This document shows, in pieces, positions 27,241-36,417 of a DNA stretch of 64,000 nt. The position numbers and the translations under genes were made by a program. The first letter of the stretch is position 1. Every line of letters begins with the position of its first letter. Source of the stretch: Rhodanobacter sp. (lineage in GTDB: Bacteria > Pseudomonadota > Gammaproteobacteria > Xanthomonadales > Rhodanobacteraceae); contig DAHUXL010000080.1 of assembly GCA_027307195.1 (NCBI GenBank), positions 17,466-81,465 of the forward strand, given 5' to 3'. The notes beneath the pieces were generated by a model. That model ran no database searches. It saw only the letters and a list, made by a program, of their open reading frames with translations, and was not told where the DNA came from.

Positions 27241-28275
27241 ATGCGACTACGGCCAAGCATTTTCATCCCGGCGCTGCTCGCACTGGCCTGTCTCCCGCAA
27301 GCCGCCGCGGCGGCTACGCCGAGCGCAATGACCTACCAGGTACTTTCCAAGCTGAAACTGGGCGGAGCCGGCGGCTGGGATTACCTCAGTTTCGACGCGC
27401 CACGGCATCATCTCTTCGTCAGCCGCGGCGACCGCGTGCTGGTGATCGATGTCGACCAGCACAAGCAGGTCGGCACGATTGCCGACACCCAGGGCGTGCA
27501 TGGCATCGCGATTGCCGCGGATCTGCATCACGGCTTCACCAGCAATGGCAAAAACGCCTCGGTAACGGTGTTCGATCTGGATTCGCTGAAGACCGTCGCC
27601 ACCATCACCGGCACGGGCGAGAAGCCCGACGCGATCCTGTACGACAGCGCTTCGCACCACGTACTGACCTTCAACGGCAAGAGCGGCAACGCCAGCGTGA
27701 TCGACCCTGCGAAGAACGCGGTGATCGCCACGATTGCGCTGCCCGGCAAGCCCGAGTTCGCGGTGTCTGATGGCGCCGGCCGCGTCTACGCGAACATCGA
27801 GGACAAGTCCGAGCTGGTGCAGATCGACTCGACCAGCAACAAGCTGCTGCAGACCTGGCCGCTGGCACCGTGCGAATCCCCCAGCGGACTGGCCATCGAC
27901 GCGAAGCATCACCGGCTGTTCTCGGTGTGCGACAACCAGAAGATGGCCGTGGTCGATGCGGACAATGGCCACCTCGTGACCACGGTGGCGATTGGGGACG
28001 GGCCCGATGCGGTAGTGTTCGACGATGCCACCTCGATGGTCTACAGCTCCAACGGCGCAAGCGGCACGATCACCGCCGTGCACGAAGACGCTCCGGATCA
28101 CTACCGCGTGACTGCGAATATTCCCACCCAGCCCAGCGCACGCACGCTGGCACTCGACCCGCGCACGCACCGGCTGTATCTCTCGGCCGCGCAATGGAGT
28201 GCCACCAAACAGGCGAATGGCCGTCCATCCATGGTGCCGGACAGCTTCAGCATCCTCACGGTGGGGCAGCACTAA
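27241..28275 (+). CDS. Secreted YncE/YVTN beta-propeller protein
   Basis: Signal peptide, repeated V.VID....V.TI blades. Confidence 0.85.
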   Translation: MRLRPSIFIPALLALACLPQAAAAATPSAMTYQVLSKLKLGGAGGWDYLSFDAPRHHLFVSRGDRVLVIDVDQHKQVGTIADTQGVHGIAIAADLHHGFTSNGKNASVTVFDLDSLKTVATITGTGEKPDAILYDSASHHVLTFNGKSGNASVIDPAKNAVIATIALPGKPEFAVSDGAGRVYANIEDKSELVQIDSTSNKLLQTWPLAPCESPSGLAIDAKHHRLFSVCDNQKMAVVDADNGHLVTTVAIGDGPDAVVFDDATSMVYSSNGASGTITAVHEDAPDHYRVTANIPTQPSARTLALDPRTHRLYLSAAQWSATKQANGRPSMVPDSFSILTVGQH

Positions 28276-28321
28276 GCACAGTTTTACCAACGCCACCGGC
28301 ACTCTTCGAGATGCCGGTGAC

Positions 28322-29719
28322 TCAGGCCTGCCGCAACGGAATCACCACGCGCACCCGCAAGCCGTTGCCGAACGGTGAGTCGAGCAGCTCGATCGTTGCG
28401 CCGTGCAATTGTGCCGCCCGTTGCACGATGGAAAGCCCCAGTCCGTAACCTTCGCCGCGACTGCTGGCTTCGCGATGAAAGCGCGCGAAGACCTGTGCGC
28501 GGTGTTCCGCCGGAATGCCGGGACCATCGTCGATCACGTTCAGCACCACGTCCCGCACGCCCTGCTCGATGGAAAGCTGCACCTGCCCGCCTGCCGGCAC
28601 ATGCCGCATCGCGTTCTCGACCAGGTTGCGCAGCAAGGCCGCCAGTGCCGCCTCGTAACCTTGCACGATCACCCGCTCGCCGGATCGCGCGAAGCCGAGT
28701 TCCACCCCGCCTTCCGCAATCATCGGCGCCAGTTCCTCGATCACGTCGACCGCGATCGCGACCAGGTCGACCGCGGCATACTGGCCCGATGCCGCGCCCG
28801 ACTCCAGCCGGGCCAGCGCCAGCAATTGCTCGATCCGCCGGGCGAGTCCGGCTACCACATGCTGGGCACTGGTCAGACTGGCAGCGGCTTCCGCCGGATC
28901 GGTCGTGGCCTGCGCGCTTTCAAGATTGATCATCGTCGATGCCAGCGGCGTGCGCAGCTCGTGCGCCACGTCGGCACTGAATCGCCGCTCGCGCTCCAGC
29001 GCATCGGCCAGACGTTCCAGCCGATCGTTGAGTGCATCGAGTACCGGCTGCAGCTCCTGCGGTGTCTGTTCAAGCGCGATCGGCGTGCGGCTGCCCAGAT
29101 CGCGCGAGGCCAGCGCCCGGGTCAGCGCTTCCAGCGGGCGCAGTCCCCGCTTCACCGCCCAGCCGACCAGCAGCGCCAGCAACGGCAGGCCGAGCAACAA
29201 CGACAGGCCGTGATCGAACCACAGCGCCTGCGTGATTTCCTGGCGGCTGTCGTAACGCTCACCGGTCCGGATCACCACCCCATCGGCCTGATCGGCCAGC
29301 GTGAAAACGCGCCAGCGGTAACCACCCTGTTGCACATCGCGGAAATCCGCATCGACCGGTTGCGGTGGCGGCAAGACGGCGAGATTGGCGGTCGCCAGCA
29401 CCACGCGTCCCGCCTTGTCGAAAACCTGAAAGCCCACCTCGGGTTCGTAGGTATAGCCGTGCCGTCTCATCGACGGCGCATGCGCCGACTCGATCGGCAC
29501 CCGAATGCCCGGCCCGGCGTCGCCCCGCAGCGGATCGATGCCGGCATGTTCGATGAGCGCTTGCAGCGTTCGCGCGGACTGCGCCAGACGACCGTCCAGC
29601 AGCTCGTCCACCTCGCGGATGGTCCGCTGAAAACTCAGCAGCCCCAGCGGCAGCAACACCGCGACCAGCACCAGCACGATCAGCCAGCGCAGCCGGGCGC
29701 GCAGGCTCGACAGCATCAT
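28322..29719 (-). CDS. Sensor histidine kinase (QseC-like)
   Basis: DVAHELRTP, NLVENAMRH, DDGPGI, GYGLGL; two TMs. Confidence 0.92.
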   Translation of the reverse strand: MMLSSLRARLRWLIVLVLVAVLLPLGLLSFQRTIREVDELLDGRLAQSARTLQALIEHAGIDPLRGDAGPGIRVPIESAHAPSMRRHGYTYEPEVGFQVFDKAGRVVLATANLAVLPPPQPVDADFRDVQQGGYRWRVFTLADQADGVVIRTGERYDSRQEITQALWFDHGLSLLLGLPLLALLVGWAVKRGLRPLEALTRALASRDLGSRTPIALEQTPQELQPVLDALNDRLERLADALERERRFSADVAHELRTPLASTMINLESAQATTDPAEAAASLTSAQHVVAGLARRIEQLLALARLESGAASGQYAAVDLVAIAVDVIEELAPMIAEGGVELGFARSGERVIVQGYEAALAALLRNLVENAMRHVPAGGQVQLSIEQGVRDVVLNVIDDGPGIPAEHRAQVFARFHREASSRGEGYGLGLSIVQRAAQLHGATIELLDSPFGNGLRVRVVIPLRQA

Positions 29720-30381
29720 TTAGGCTCCCGCGGAATCATGTAACCGAAGCCACGCACGGTATGGATCGTCTCGAAACTCAGCTTTCGACGCAGCGTATGC
29801 ACTAGCACCTCCAGCGCACTGTTCCCCACGATGGTGTCCAGACCGTACAGCGAATTGATCAGACTTTCGCGGCGCACCAGCCGGCCGGCGCGCTCCATCA
29901 GTATCTGCAACAGCGAAAACTCGCGCCGGGTCAGCTCGACATGCTCGCCGCGGAAGATTACCTGCGACGTGCCCAGATCGAGGACCAGCGCACCGGCCTC
30001 GATCCGGTTCACGGCGAGCCCCTGCGCACGCCGGCTCAGCGAACGGATCCGTGCGCCCAGCTCGTCCAGGTGAAACGGCTTGATCAGATAGTCGTCAGCG
30101 CCGGCATCCAAACCATGCACTCGCGCCTCCAGCCCGTCCCGCGCCGTCATCACGATCACCGGCGTCTTGACATGCGCGTTGCGCGCCTCGACCAGCACAT
30201 CGATCCCGTCCATGCCTGGCAGTCCGAGATCGAGCAGCACCAGGTCCGCCGTCTGGTCGCGCAAGGCCATCAGCGCCTCGCGCCCGTTGCGCAGCCAGCT
30301 GACGGTGTAGCCAAGACGCTCCAGCGCACGTTCGATGGCGGCGCCGAGTTGCTGGTCGTCTTCCACCAGGATGATGTGCAC
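29716..30381 (-). CDS. OmpR-family response regulator (QseB/PmrA-like)
   Basis: GTG start with AAGGAG RBS; ILVEDD, LDLGLP, GADDYLIKPF, TVRGFGY. Confidence 0.93.
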   Translation of the reverse strand: MHIILVEDDQQLGAAIERALERLGYTVSWLRNGREALMALRDQTADLVLLDLGLPGMDGIDVLVEARNAHVKTPVIVMTARDGLEARVHGLDAGADDYLIKPFHLDELGARIRSLSRRAQGLAVNRIEAGALVLDLGTSQVIFRGEHVELTRREFSLLQILMERAGRLVRRESLINSLYGLDTIVGNSALEVLVHTLRRKLSFETIHTVRGFGYMIPREPK

Positions 30382-30439
30382 AGACAGCTCCTTCGCTTGG
30401 CGGTGTCGCCCATGATGGACGCGGCACTACCTGCCGACG

Positions 30440-30472
30440 ATTGTCCTGCAGATCGCTTACGAAGCGCTTAAG
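30440..30472 (-). promoter_or_regulatory. Candidate autoregulatory PmrA/QseB-type box plus -10
   Basis: Minus strand CTTAAG-N5-CGTAAG followed 10 nt later by GACAAT, 75 nt upstream of the regulator start. Confidence 0.6.
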
Positions 30473-31236
30473 GATGCTCCGATCGTGCGAGGCGCGCGTG
30501 ACTTCGGCAGGCACAGCACCATCAGCAATATCAGCAGATGCATGCCGATGGAAAGCCCCGCTGCCGTTTGAGCATCCTGCAAGGTGACCGGCATCATGAT
30601 GTCAACCAGGCCGTTGCCGAGGTTCCAACCGCAGTGCAGCCCCAGCGCTGCCCAAAGGCTGCCGCTGCGCCAAAGGGCCGCAGCATAGGCAAGCCCGAAA
30701 CAGAACAGCACCAGCCATTCCAGCGGCCCGTTGCCCAGACGATAGATGTGGTTGAGTACATAGATGGTGCTGGACGCCAGTACGAACACCATGCCGTTGC
30801 GCCAGCGCAGCCCGGCAGCGCGATACCAGAAGCCGCGGGTGAGGATGTCCTCGGCCAGCGACGCCACCAGGGTGGACAGCAACAGCAGCGGCAGCGCCGA
30901 CAGCACGAGCATGAGTCCGGCCGCGGAAGCTTCATGATCGGCCGCATAGGCACCCGATCGCAAACCGATCCAGACGGCAATGAATTTCGCCAATACGGCC
31001 AGCAGCAGACCGCCGGGAAACCACCAGCGCAAGCCGTTTCCACCAACCAGCGCATACGCCGCATAGCCGCGATAGCCAAGCCAGCGCGACAGCGGCCACG
31101 CCAGCACCACACAGGCCGACATCAATCCGGCCTGCACCGGATAACTATGCAACCAGCGCGCACCCACGCCTTCGGCCGCCTGATACAGCAGCCACAAAAT
31201 CACGAACGCCAGCGGCACCCGCCATCGATGTTCCAT
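30457..31236 (-). CDS. CPBP/CAAX-family intramembrane glutamic endopeptidase
   Basis: EDILTRG, LNH, LHCGWN motifs; multiple TMs; start re-picked at MEHRWR. Confidence 0.85.
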   Translation of the reverse strand: MEHRWRVPLAFVILWLLYQAAEGVGARWLHSYPVQAGLMSACVVLAWPLSRWLGYRGYAAYALVGGNGLRWWFPGGLLLAVLAKFIAVWIGLRSGAYAADHEASAAGLMLVLSALPLLLLSTLVASLAEDILTRGFWYRAAGLRWRNGMVFVLASSTIYVLNHIYRLGNGPLEWLVLFCFGLAYAAALWRSGSLWAALGLHCGWNLGNGLVDIMMPVTLQDAQTAAGLSIGMHLLILLMVLCLPKSRAPRTIGASLSAS

Positions 31237-31286
31237 TCCGCCCCCTTTTTGCTGTCGATTCAGTCCGCCGACACACCCGGCGGACA

Positions 31287-31601
31287 TTAACGATCGTCGC
31301 GAGTCCAGATCGCGCCAGCTTCTTCGCGCACCGGAAAACTGGCGATCGGCTCGTACGCCGGCGGCTTCGTCACCGCGCCCGTGCGCAGATCGAAGCGCGC
31401 ACCATGCCGCGGGCACTCCACCTCGAATCCGAATACCTCGCCACCGGCCAGATCGCCGCCGTCATGCGTGCAGGTGTCTTCGACCGCGTACAGCGCGCCG
31501 TCGATGTTGTAGACCGCGATCGGCGTGTCGCCGTCCCACACCACCTTGAATTCGCCCGGAAGCAGTTCGCTGCGCGTGCCGACTTTCACCCAGCCGTTCA
31601 T
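31287..31601 (-). CDS. Rieske [2Fe-2S] ferredoxin
   Basis: CTH...CPRH ligand motifs, GARFDLRTG. Confidence 0.92.
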   Translation of the reverse strand: MNGWVKVGTRSELLPGEFKVVWDGDTPIAVYNIDGALYAVEDTCTHDGGDLAGGEVFGFEVECPRHGARFDLRTGAVTKPPAYEPIASFPVREEAGAIWTRDDR

Positions 31602-32146
31602 GCCGAAGGCTCGACGAAGTTCTTGAGCAGCACTTCGAAGCGCAGATCGTCGCGGCGCGGAATGCCGAAGCGTTCGTCGCCATACGGAAACGGCTGGTAC
31701 TCGCCGGTGCGGCGATAGCCGCGGCGCTCGTACCAGGCGATCAGTTCGGCGCGCTGCTCGATCACCGTCATGCGCATTGCGCGGCACTGCCACTGCTCGT
31801 GCGCGATGCGTTCGGCTTCGGCCAGCACCGCTTTGCCAAGTCCACCGCCCTGCCGGTCGGGATCGACTGCGAACATGCCGAAATAGCCGGAGTCACCCTG
31901 CCGCTCCACATGGGCACTGGCGATCAACTGGCCGTCGCGCTCAGCCAGCAGGATGCAGCTGCCGGCACGGCTGACCAGTTCACCGACCGCTTGCGCATCG
32001 GTGCGCCGGCCATCGAGCAGCTCCGACTCGGTGGTCCAGCCGCGCCGGCCCGAATCACCGCGATAGGCGGATTCGACCAGCGCCACGATGGCGGGGATAT
32101 CGGCAGCCCCGGCTGCACGGAATACGGGGGAAGTCGGATCACTCAT
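31598..32146 (-). CDS. GNAT-family N-acetyltransferase
   Basis: FAVDPDRQGGGLGK acetyl-CoA motif, WYERRGY. Confidence 0.9.
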   Translation of the reverse strand: MSDPTSPVFRAAGAADIPAIVALVESAYRGDSGRRGWTTESELLDGRRTDAQAVGELVSRAGSCILLAERDGQLIASAHVERQGDSGYFGMFAVDPDRQGGGLGKAVLAEAERIAHEQWQCRAMRMTVIEQRAELIAWYERRGYRRTGEYQPFPYGDERFGIPRRDDLRFEVLLKNFVEPSA

Positions 32147-32320
32147 GGATTGATGATAATGCCCGCACCCTCTGCGCCACCATGATCTGCAGCAATTCCC
32201 GGCGACGGCCGCCCGTGACCTTAGACACTGTCTGGAAGCATGCTTCACTGCCTACGGTGCAGGGTCTGTCTGCCCGCCAATGGGCAACACCTGCGCGATC
32301 GCGCGAACCAGGGAGAACCC

Positions 32321-34357
32321 ATGAAACATCGACTCGTGAAACCGCTGGCCTTTGCCACAGGCGTCGCCTTGTGCACCGGTGCCTTCGCTGCGCCCTCCAG
32401 CGTGTTCAACGTGCAGGAGATCGACAGCACGATCAACGCCTGCAGCGACTTCAACGGCTTCGTCAACGCGAAGTGGATCGCGGCGAATCCGATTCCCGCT
32501 GACCGCACGCGCTGGGGCTCGTTCGACGCACTGCGCGAGGCCAGCCTCAACGTGCAGCACAAGATCGTCGAGGACGCCGCCAGCCACGCTGCCAAGGCCG
32601 CGCCCGGCTCGATCGAGCAGAAGGTCGGTTACCTGTATGCCTCCGGCATGGATGAAGCGGCCATCAACAAGACCGGCTTCGATCCGATCAAGCCGCAGCT
32701 GGCCGACATCGGCGCGCTGAAGAACATAGCGGATATCGTCGGCTATATCCGCGCCAGCTACGCCCACGGCGAGCCGGTGCTGTTCCGTTTCGGCGGCAAT
32801 GCCGACTTCAGGAATTCCAACAACGAGATCGCCTACGCCGGCCAGGGCGGACTCGGCCTGCCGACTACCGATTACTACAGCAAGCCGGAATTCGAGAAAA
32901 TCCGCACAGCCTACGTGGCGCACATCGCCAAGCTGCTTGAACTCACCGGCGTCAGCGCCGCCGATGCGCAGCAGCAGGCCAGATCCGTGCTGGCGTTCGA
33001 GACGCGGCTTGCCGCGGCGTCGCTGCCGCGGGTGGAAATGCGAAAACCGGAGAACCGCTACAACCTCGTCAGCATCGCCGATGCCGACAAGGTGACGCCG
33101 AGCTTCGACTGGGCCACCTTCTTCAAGGCGCAGGGCGCCGATGTGAAGGACAGTTTCTCGTTCTCGCAGCCGAAGTTCTTCGCCGAAGTGCAGAAGATGT
33201 TCGGCGACGTGCCGCTCGCCGAATGGCAGGCCTATTTCCGCTATCACGCGATCGCCAACGCGGCGCCTTACCTGTCCGCGCCATTCCAGCAGGAGGACTT
33301 CGCATTCGCGCAGCAGACGCTGAACGGGCAGAAGGAAATGCAGCCGCGCTGGAAGCGCGTGCTGGCCACCACCAACGACGGCATCGGCATGGCACTGGGC
33401 CAGCTGTATGTGGCGCACAACTTCCCGGCCGCTTCCAAGCAGCGTGCCCAGGAGCTGGTCGACAACCTGCGCGCTGCCTACAAGACGCGCATCGAGAACC
33501 TGCCGTGGATGAGCGACGCGACCAAGCAGAAGGCGCTGGAGAAGTGGGCCAGCTTCGTGCCGAAGATCGGCTACCCGGACAAGTGGCGCGACTGGAGCGG
33601 CCTTGCGCTGACGCCGCACAATTACTTCGCGAACGTGCGTGCGGCCGACAAGTTCAACTACGACTATGAAGTTGCCAAGATCGGCAAGCCGGTGGATCGC
33701 AGCGAATGGGGCATGACGCCGCAGACGGTGAACGCCTACTACAACGCGCAGCAGAACGAGATCGTGTTTCCCGCCGCGATCCTGCAGCCGCCGTTCTTCG
33801 ACGCCAAGGCGGATGACGCGATCAACTACGGCGGCATCGGCGCGGTGATCGGCCACGAGATGGGCCACGGCTACGACGACCAGGGCAGCAAGTTCGACGC
33901 CCAGGGCAACAACGTCAACTGGTGGACGGAAGCCGACCGCAAGGCGTTCGAGGCGCGCACCGCGAAACTCGGTGCGCAGTTCGATGGTTACGAGCCGCTG
34001 CCCGGCAAGCACGTCAACGGCCAGCTCACCATGGGCGAGAACATCGGCGATCTTGGTGGCCTGAATGCGGCCTACACCGCGCTGCAGGTGGCGCTGTCGA
34101 AAAACCCGGCCGAGGCGATCCGGAAGATCGACGGCTACACCCAGGACCAGCGTTTTTTCCTCAACTGGGCACGCGTGTGGCGCGGCAGCATCCGTCCCGA
34201 GGCGCAGCTCACCCTGCTCAACACCGATCCGCATGCACCTGCGCAGTTCCGCGCGATCGGTGCACCGTCGAACATGCCGGAGTTCGCCCAAGCGTTCCAG
34301 TGCAAGCCCGGCGACGCGATGGTGCGTTCGCCCGAAAAGCAGGTGAAGATCTGGTAA
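32321..34357 (+). CDS. M13-family (neprilysin/PepO-like) secreted metallopeptidase
   Basis: VNAYY, GHEMGH, GENIGD; signal peptide; GGAGA RBS. Confidence 0.95.
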   Translation: MKHRLVKPLAFATGVALCTGAFAAPSSVFNVQEIDSTINACSDFNGFVNAKWIAANPIPADRTRWGSFDALREASLNVQHKIVEDAASHAAKAAPGSIEQKVGYLYASGMDEAAINKTGFDPIKPQLADIGALKNIADIVGYIRASYAHGEPVLFRFGGNADFRNSNNEIAYAGQGGLGLPTTDYYSKPEFEKIRTAYVAHIAKLLELTGVSAADAQQQARSVLAFETRLAAASLPRVEMRKPENRYNLVSIADADKVTPSFDWATFFKAQGADVKDSFSFSQPKFFAEVQKMFGDVPLAEWQAYFRYHAIANAAPYLSAPFQQEDFAFAQQTLNGQKEMQPRWKRVLATTNDGIGMALGQLYVAHNFPAASKQRAQELVDNLRAAYKTRIENLPWMSDATKQKALEKWASFVPKIGYPDKWRDWSGLALTPHNYFANVRAADKFNYDYEVAKIGKPVDRSEWGMTPQTVNAYYNAQQNEIVFPAAILQPPFFDAKADDAINYGGIGAVIGHEMGHGYDDQGSKFDAQGNNVNWWTEADRKAFEARTAKLGAQFDGYEPLPGKHVNGQLTMGENIGDLGGLNAAYTALQVALSKNPAEAIRKIDGYTQDQRFFLNWARVWRGSIRPEAQLTLLNTDPHAPAQFRAIGAPSNMPEFAQAFQCKPGDAMVRSPEKQVKIW

Positions 34358-34380
34358 GCGACCACCACTGAGTCACCCGG

Positions 34381-34410
34381 AAAAGCCGCGGCCATCAAGC
34401 CGCGGCTTTT
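34381..34410. terminator. Bidirectional intrinsic terminator
   Basis: AAAAGCCGCGGC-catcaa-GCCGCGGCTTTT. Confidence 0.85.
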
Positions 34411-34447
34411 CTGTAGAAGTCAGCAGTGTCGAGAGATGCCCACGCCA

Positions 34448-35383
34448 TCAGACCAACGGCGTGTTTGCCCTGCCCGCCTCGTAGACCTTCAGATGTGCGT
34501 AGACCACGGCGAGCAGCGAGTGTTCGTCGGCTTGCCGGTCGGCGCGCGCCAGCATGTCGCCGATCACGTGATCGGCCTCGATCGCATGGCCGTGCTGCAG
34601 GTCACGCAGCATCGACGCGGTCAGGCCCGAACCCGCCTCGGTCAGCACGCTGCGGGCGCGCTGCATGGTCGCCTCGCCTGGCGCATGGCCGGAACGTTCC
34701 GCCACGACCCGACATTCTTCAAGCAGGGCGATTGCAGCGGCGCGACCACCGGGCGCAGCAACGATGTCGCCGACCGATCCGCGCAGCAGGCAGGTGATGC
34801 CGGCCAGCGACGCCAGGAACACCCATTTGTCCCACATGTCCTGCAGGATCGTGTTGCTGGGTCGTGAATCGAAACCGGCATCCGCCAGACTCTCGGTGAT
34901 CCGCCGCATGCGTTCGGACGTGCTGCCGTCGCGCTCGCCGAAGGTGAGGCTGTGCGACAGGTTGAGATGCTGTACGGCGCCCTGCGCATCCAGCGTGGCG
35001 GCGATCACGCACTGCCCGCCGAGCACACGCTGCGCGCCGAATCGCGCATCCAGCAGGTCCAGCTGGCGCATGCCGTTGAGCAGCGGCAGGATCGCCGTAT
35101 CCGCTCCCACCGCCGGTGCGATGTCGGCCATCGCCTGTTCGAGACCGTAGGCCTTGCAGCTCAGCAGGATGAGGTCGTACGGCGCACGCAGATCGGCCGC
35201 CAGTACAGTGGGCGGTGCCGGCAGATCCGCATCGCCGGTCGCGCTGCGGATCGTCAGGCCGTGGCGCGCCAGCTGCGCCGCGCGTCGCTCGCGCACCAGA
35301 AACGTCACGTCACGCCCGTGCTGCAGCAGACGTCCGCCGAAATAACCGCCGGTGGCGCCTGCGCCAACGATCAGGATGCGCAT
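34448..35383 (-). CDS. panE: 2-dehydropantoate 2-reductase family (PanE/ApbA)
   Basis: GAGATGG Rossmann motif, SCKAY, LLNG, WDKW, ASMLRD, IEAD. Confidence 0.85.
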   Translation of the reverse strand: MRILIVGAGATGGYFGGRLLQHGRDVTFLVRERRAAQLARHGLTIRSATGDADLPAPPTVLAADLRAPYDLILLSCKAYGLEQAMADIAPAVGADTAILPLLNGMRQLDLLDARFGAQRVLGGQCVIAATLDAQGAVQHLNLSHSLTFGERDGSTSERMRRITESLADAGFDSRPSNTILQDMWDKWVFLASLAGITCLLRGSVGDIVAAPGGRAAAIALLEECRVVAERSGHAPGEATMQRARSVLTEAGSGLTASMLRDLQHGHAIEADHVIGDMLARADRQADEHSLLAVVYAHLKVYEAGRANTPLV

Positions 35384-35386
35384 GGA

Positions 35387-36301
35387 TCAATCTCCTTTCG
35401 GTGCGGGGTTCGTCGCCGCATGCATGCGTGCCGCCTGAGCATCCTTTTCGCTCCACAGCGTGTTCACCCACCGTTTGATGCGCCCGCGAAACGCCGCGTC
35501 GTCGTCGTAACTACCGGTCAATCCGGCCTCGATCGGAAGCTCGCGCACATGCACGCGAATATCGTGCACGCGCCCGGCAATCAGATCCATCATCGTGCAC
35601 GGACCTTCCGGATAGACGATGGTGACGTCGAGAATCGCATGCAGCGCATCGCCCATCGCGTCCAGCACGAACGCCACGCCGCCAGCCTTGGGCCGCAGCA
35701 GATACCGGAAAGGCGAAGACTGCGCATCATGCTTGGCCGGCGTGAAACGGGTGCCTTCGGCAAAATTCATCACCGACACCGGCATGTGCCGAAATTTCTC
35801 GCAGGCAAGCCGGGTCGCCTCCCGGTCCTTGCCCTGCAGCTCGGGATGCCTGATCAGGGTTTCCCGCGAATAGCGTTTCATGAACGGGAAATCCAGCGCC
35901 CACCATGCCGGCCCCAGCAACGGCACCCAGATCAGCTGGCTCTTGAGGAAGAAACGCAGGAACGGGATGCGCCGATTGAAGATCTTCTGCAACACCGGGA
36001 TATCCACCCAGCTCTGGTGATTGCACAACACCAGGTAATTGCCATCGCGACGCAGGCCATCGAGCCCATCGACCTGCCAGCGTATGCGGGTAAATACATC
36101 GAACAGCGTGCTGTTGACGGCGATCCAGCTCTCCGCAATGACGATCAGCACGCGCGAGCACGCCAGCCTGATCCCGCGTATCGGCAGCACCACCTTGACC
36201 AGCGTGAAGGCGAACAGCGGCAGCACATGCAGCACGATGTTGATCGTGAGCAGCAGCATCGCCAGTGGTATGCGGATGAATCCGGGGAGTGAGGTCAGCA
36301 T
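35387..36301 (-). CDS. PlsC/YihG-like acyltransferase
   Basis: NHQSWVD (HX4D), FAEGTRF, LLRPKAGG. Confidence 0.88.
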   Translation of the reverse strand: MLTSLPGFIRIPLAMLLLTINIVLHVLPLFAFTLVKVVLPIRGIRLACSRVLIVIAESWIAVNSTLFDVFTRIRWQVDGLDGLRRDGNYLVLCNHQSWVDIPVLQKIFNRRIPFLRFFLKSQLIWVPLLGPAWWALDFPFMKRYSRETLIRHPELQGKDREATRLACEKFRHMPVSVMNFAEGTRFTPAKHDAQSSPFRYLLRPKAGGVAFVLDAMGDALHAILDVTIVYPEGPCTMMDLIAGRVHDIRVHVRELPIEAGLTGSYDDDAAFRGRIKRWVNTLWSEKDAQAARMHAATNPAPKGD

Positions 36302-36417
36302 CAGGGTCAGTAAAGATCAGGGCGCGCCAAGGAATGGCCGGTCAATCATCGCATGCGTACGGTAACCGGCAGTACTGCCATGCCGCAGCTTGCGCGCAGG
36401 CAGGCGCCAGGCAGCCA

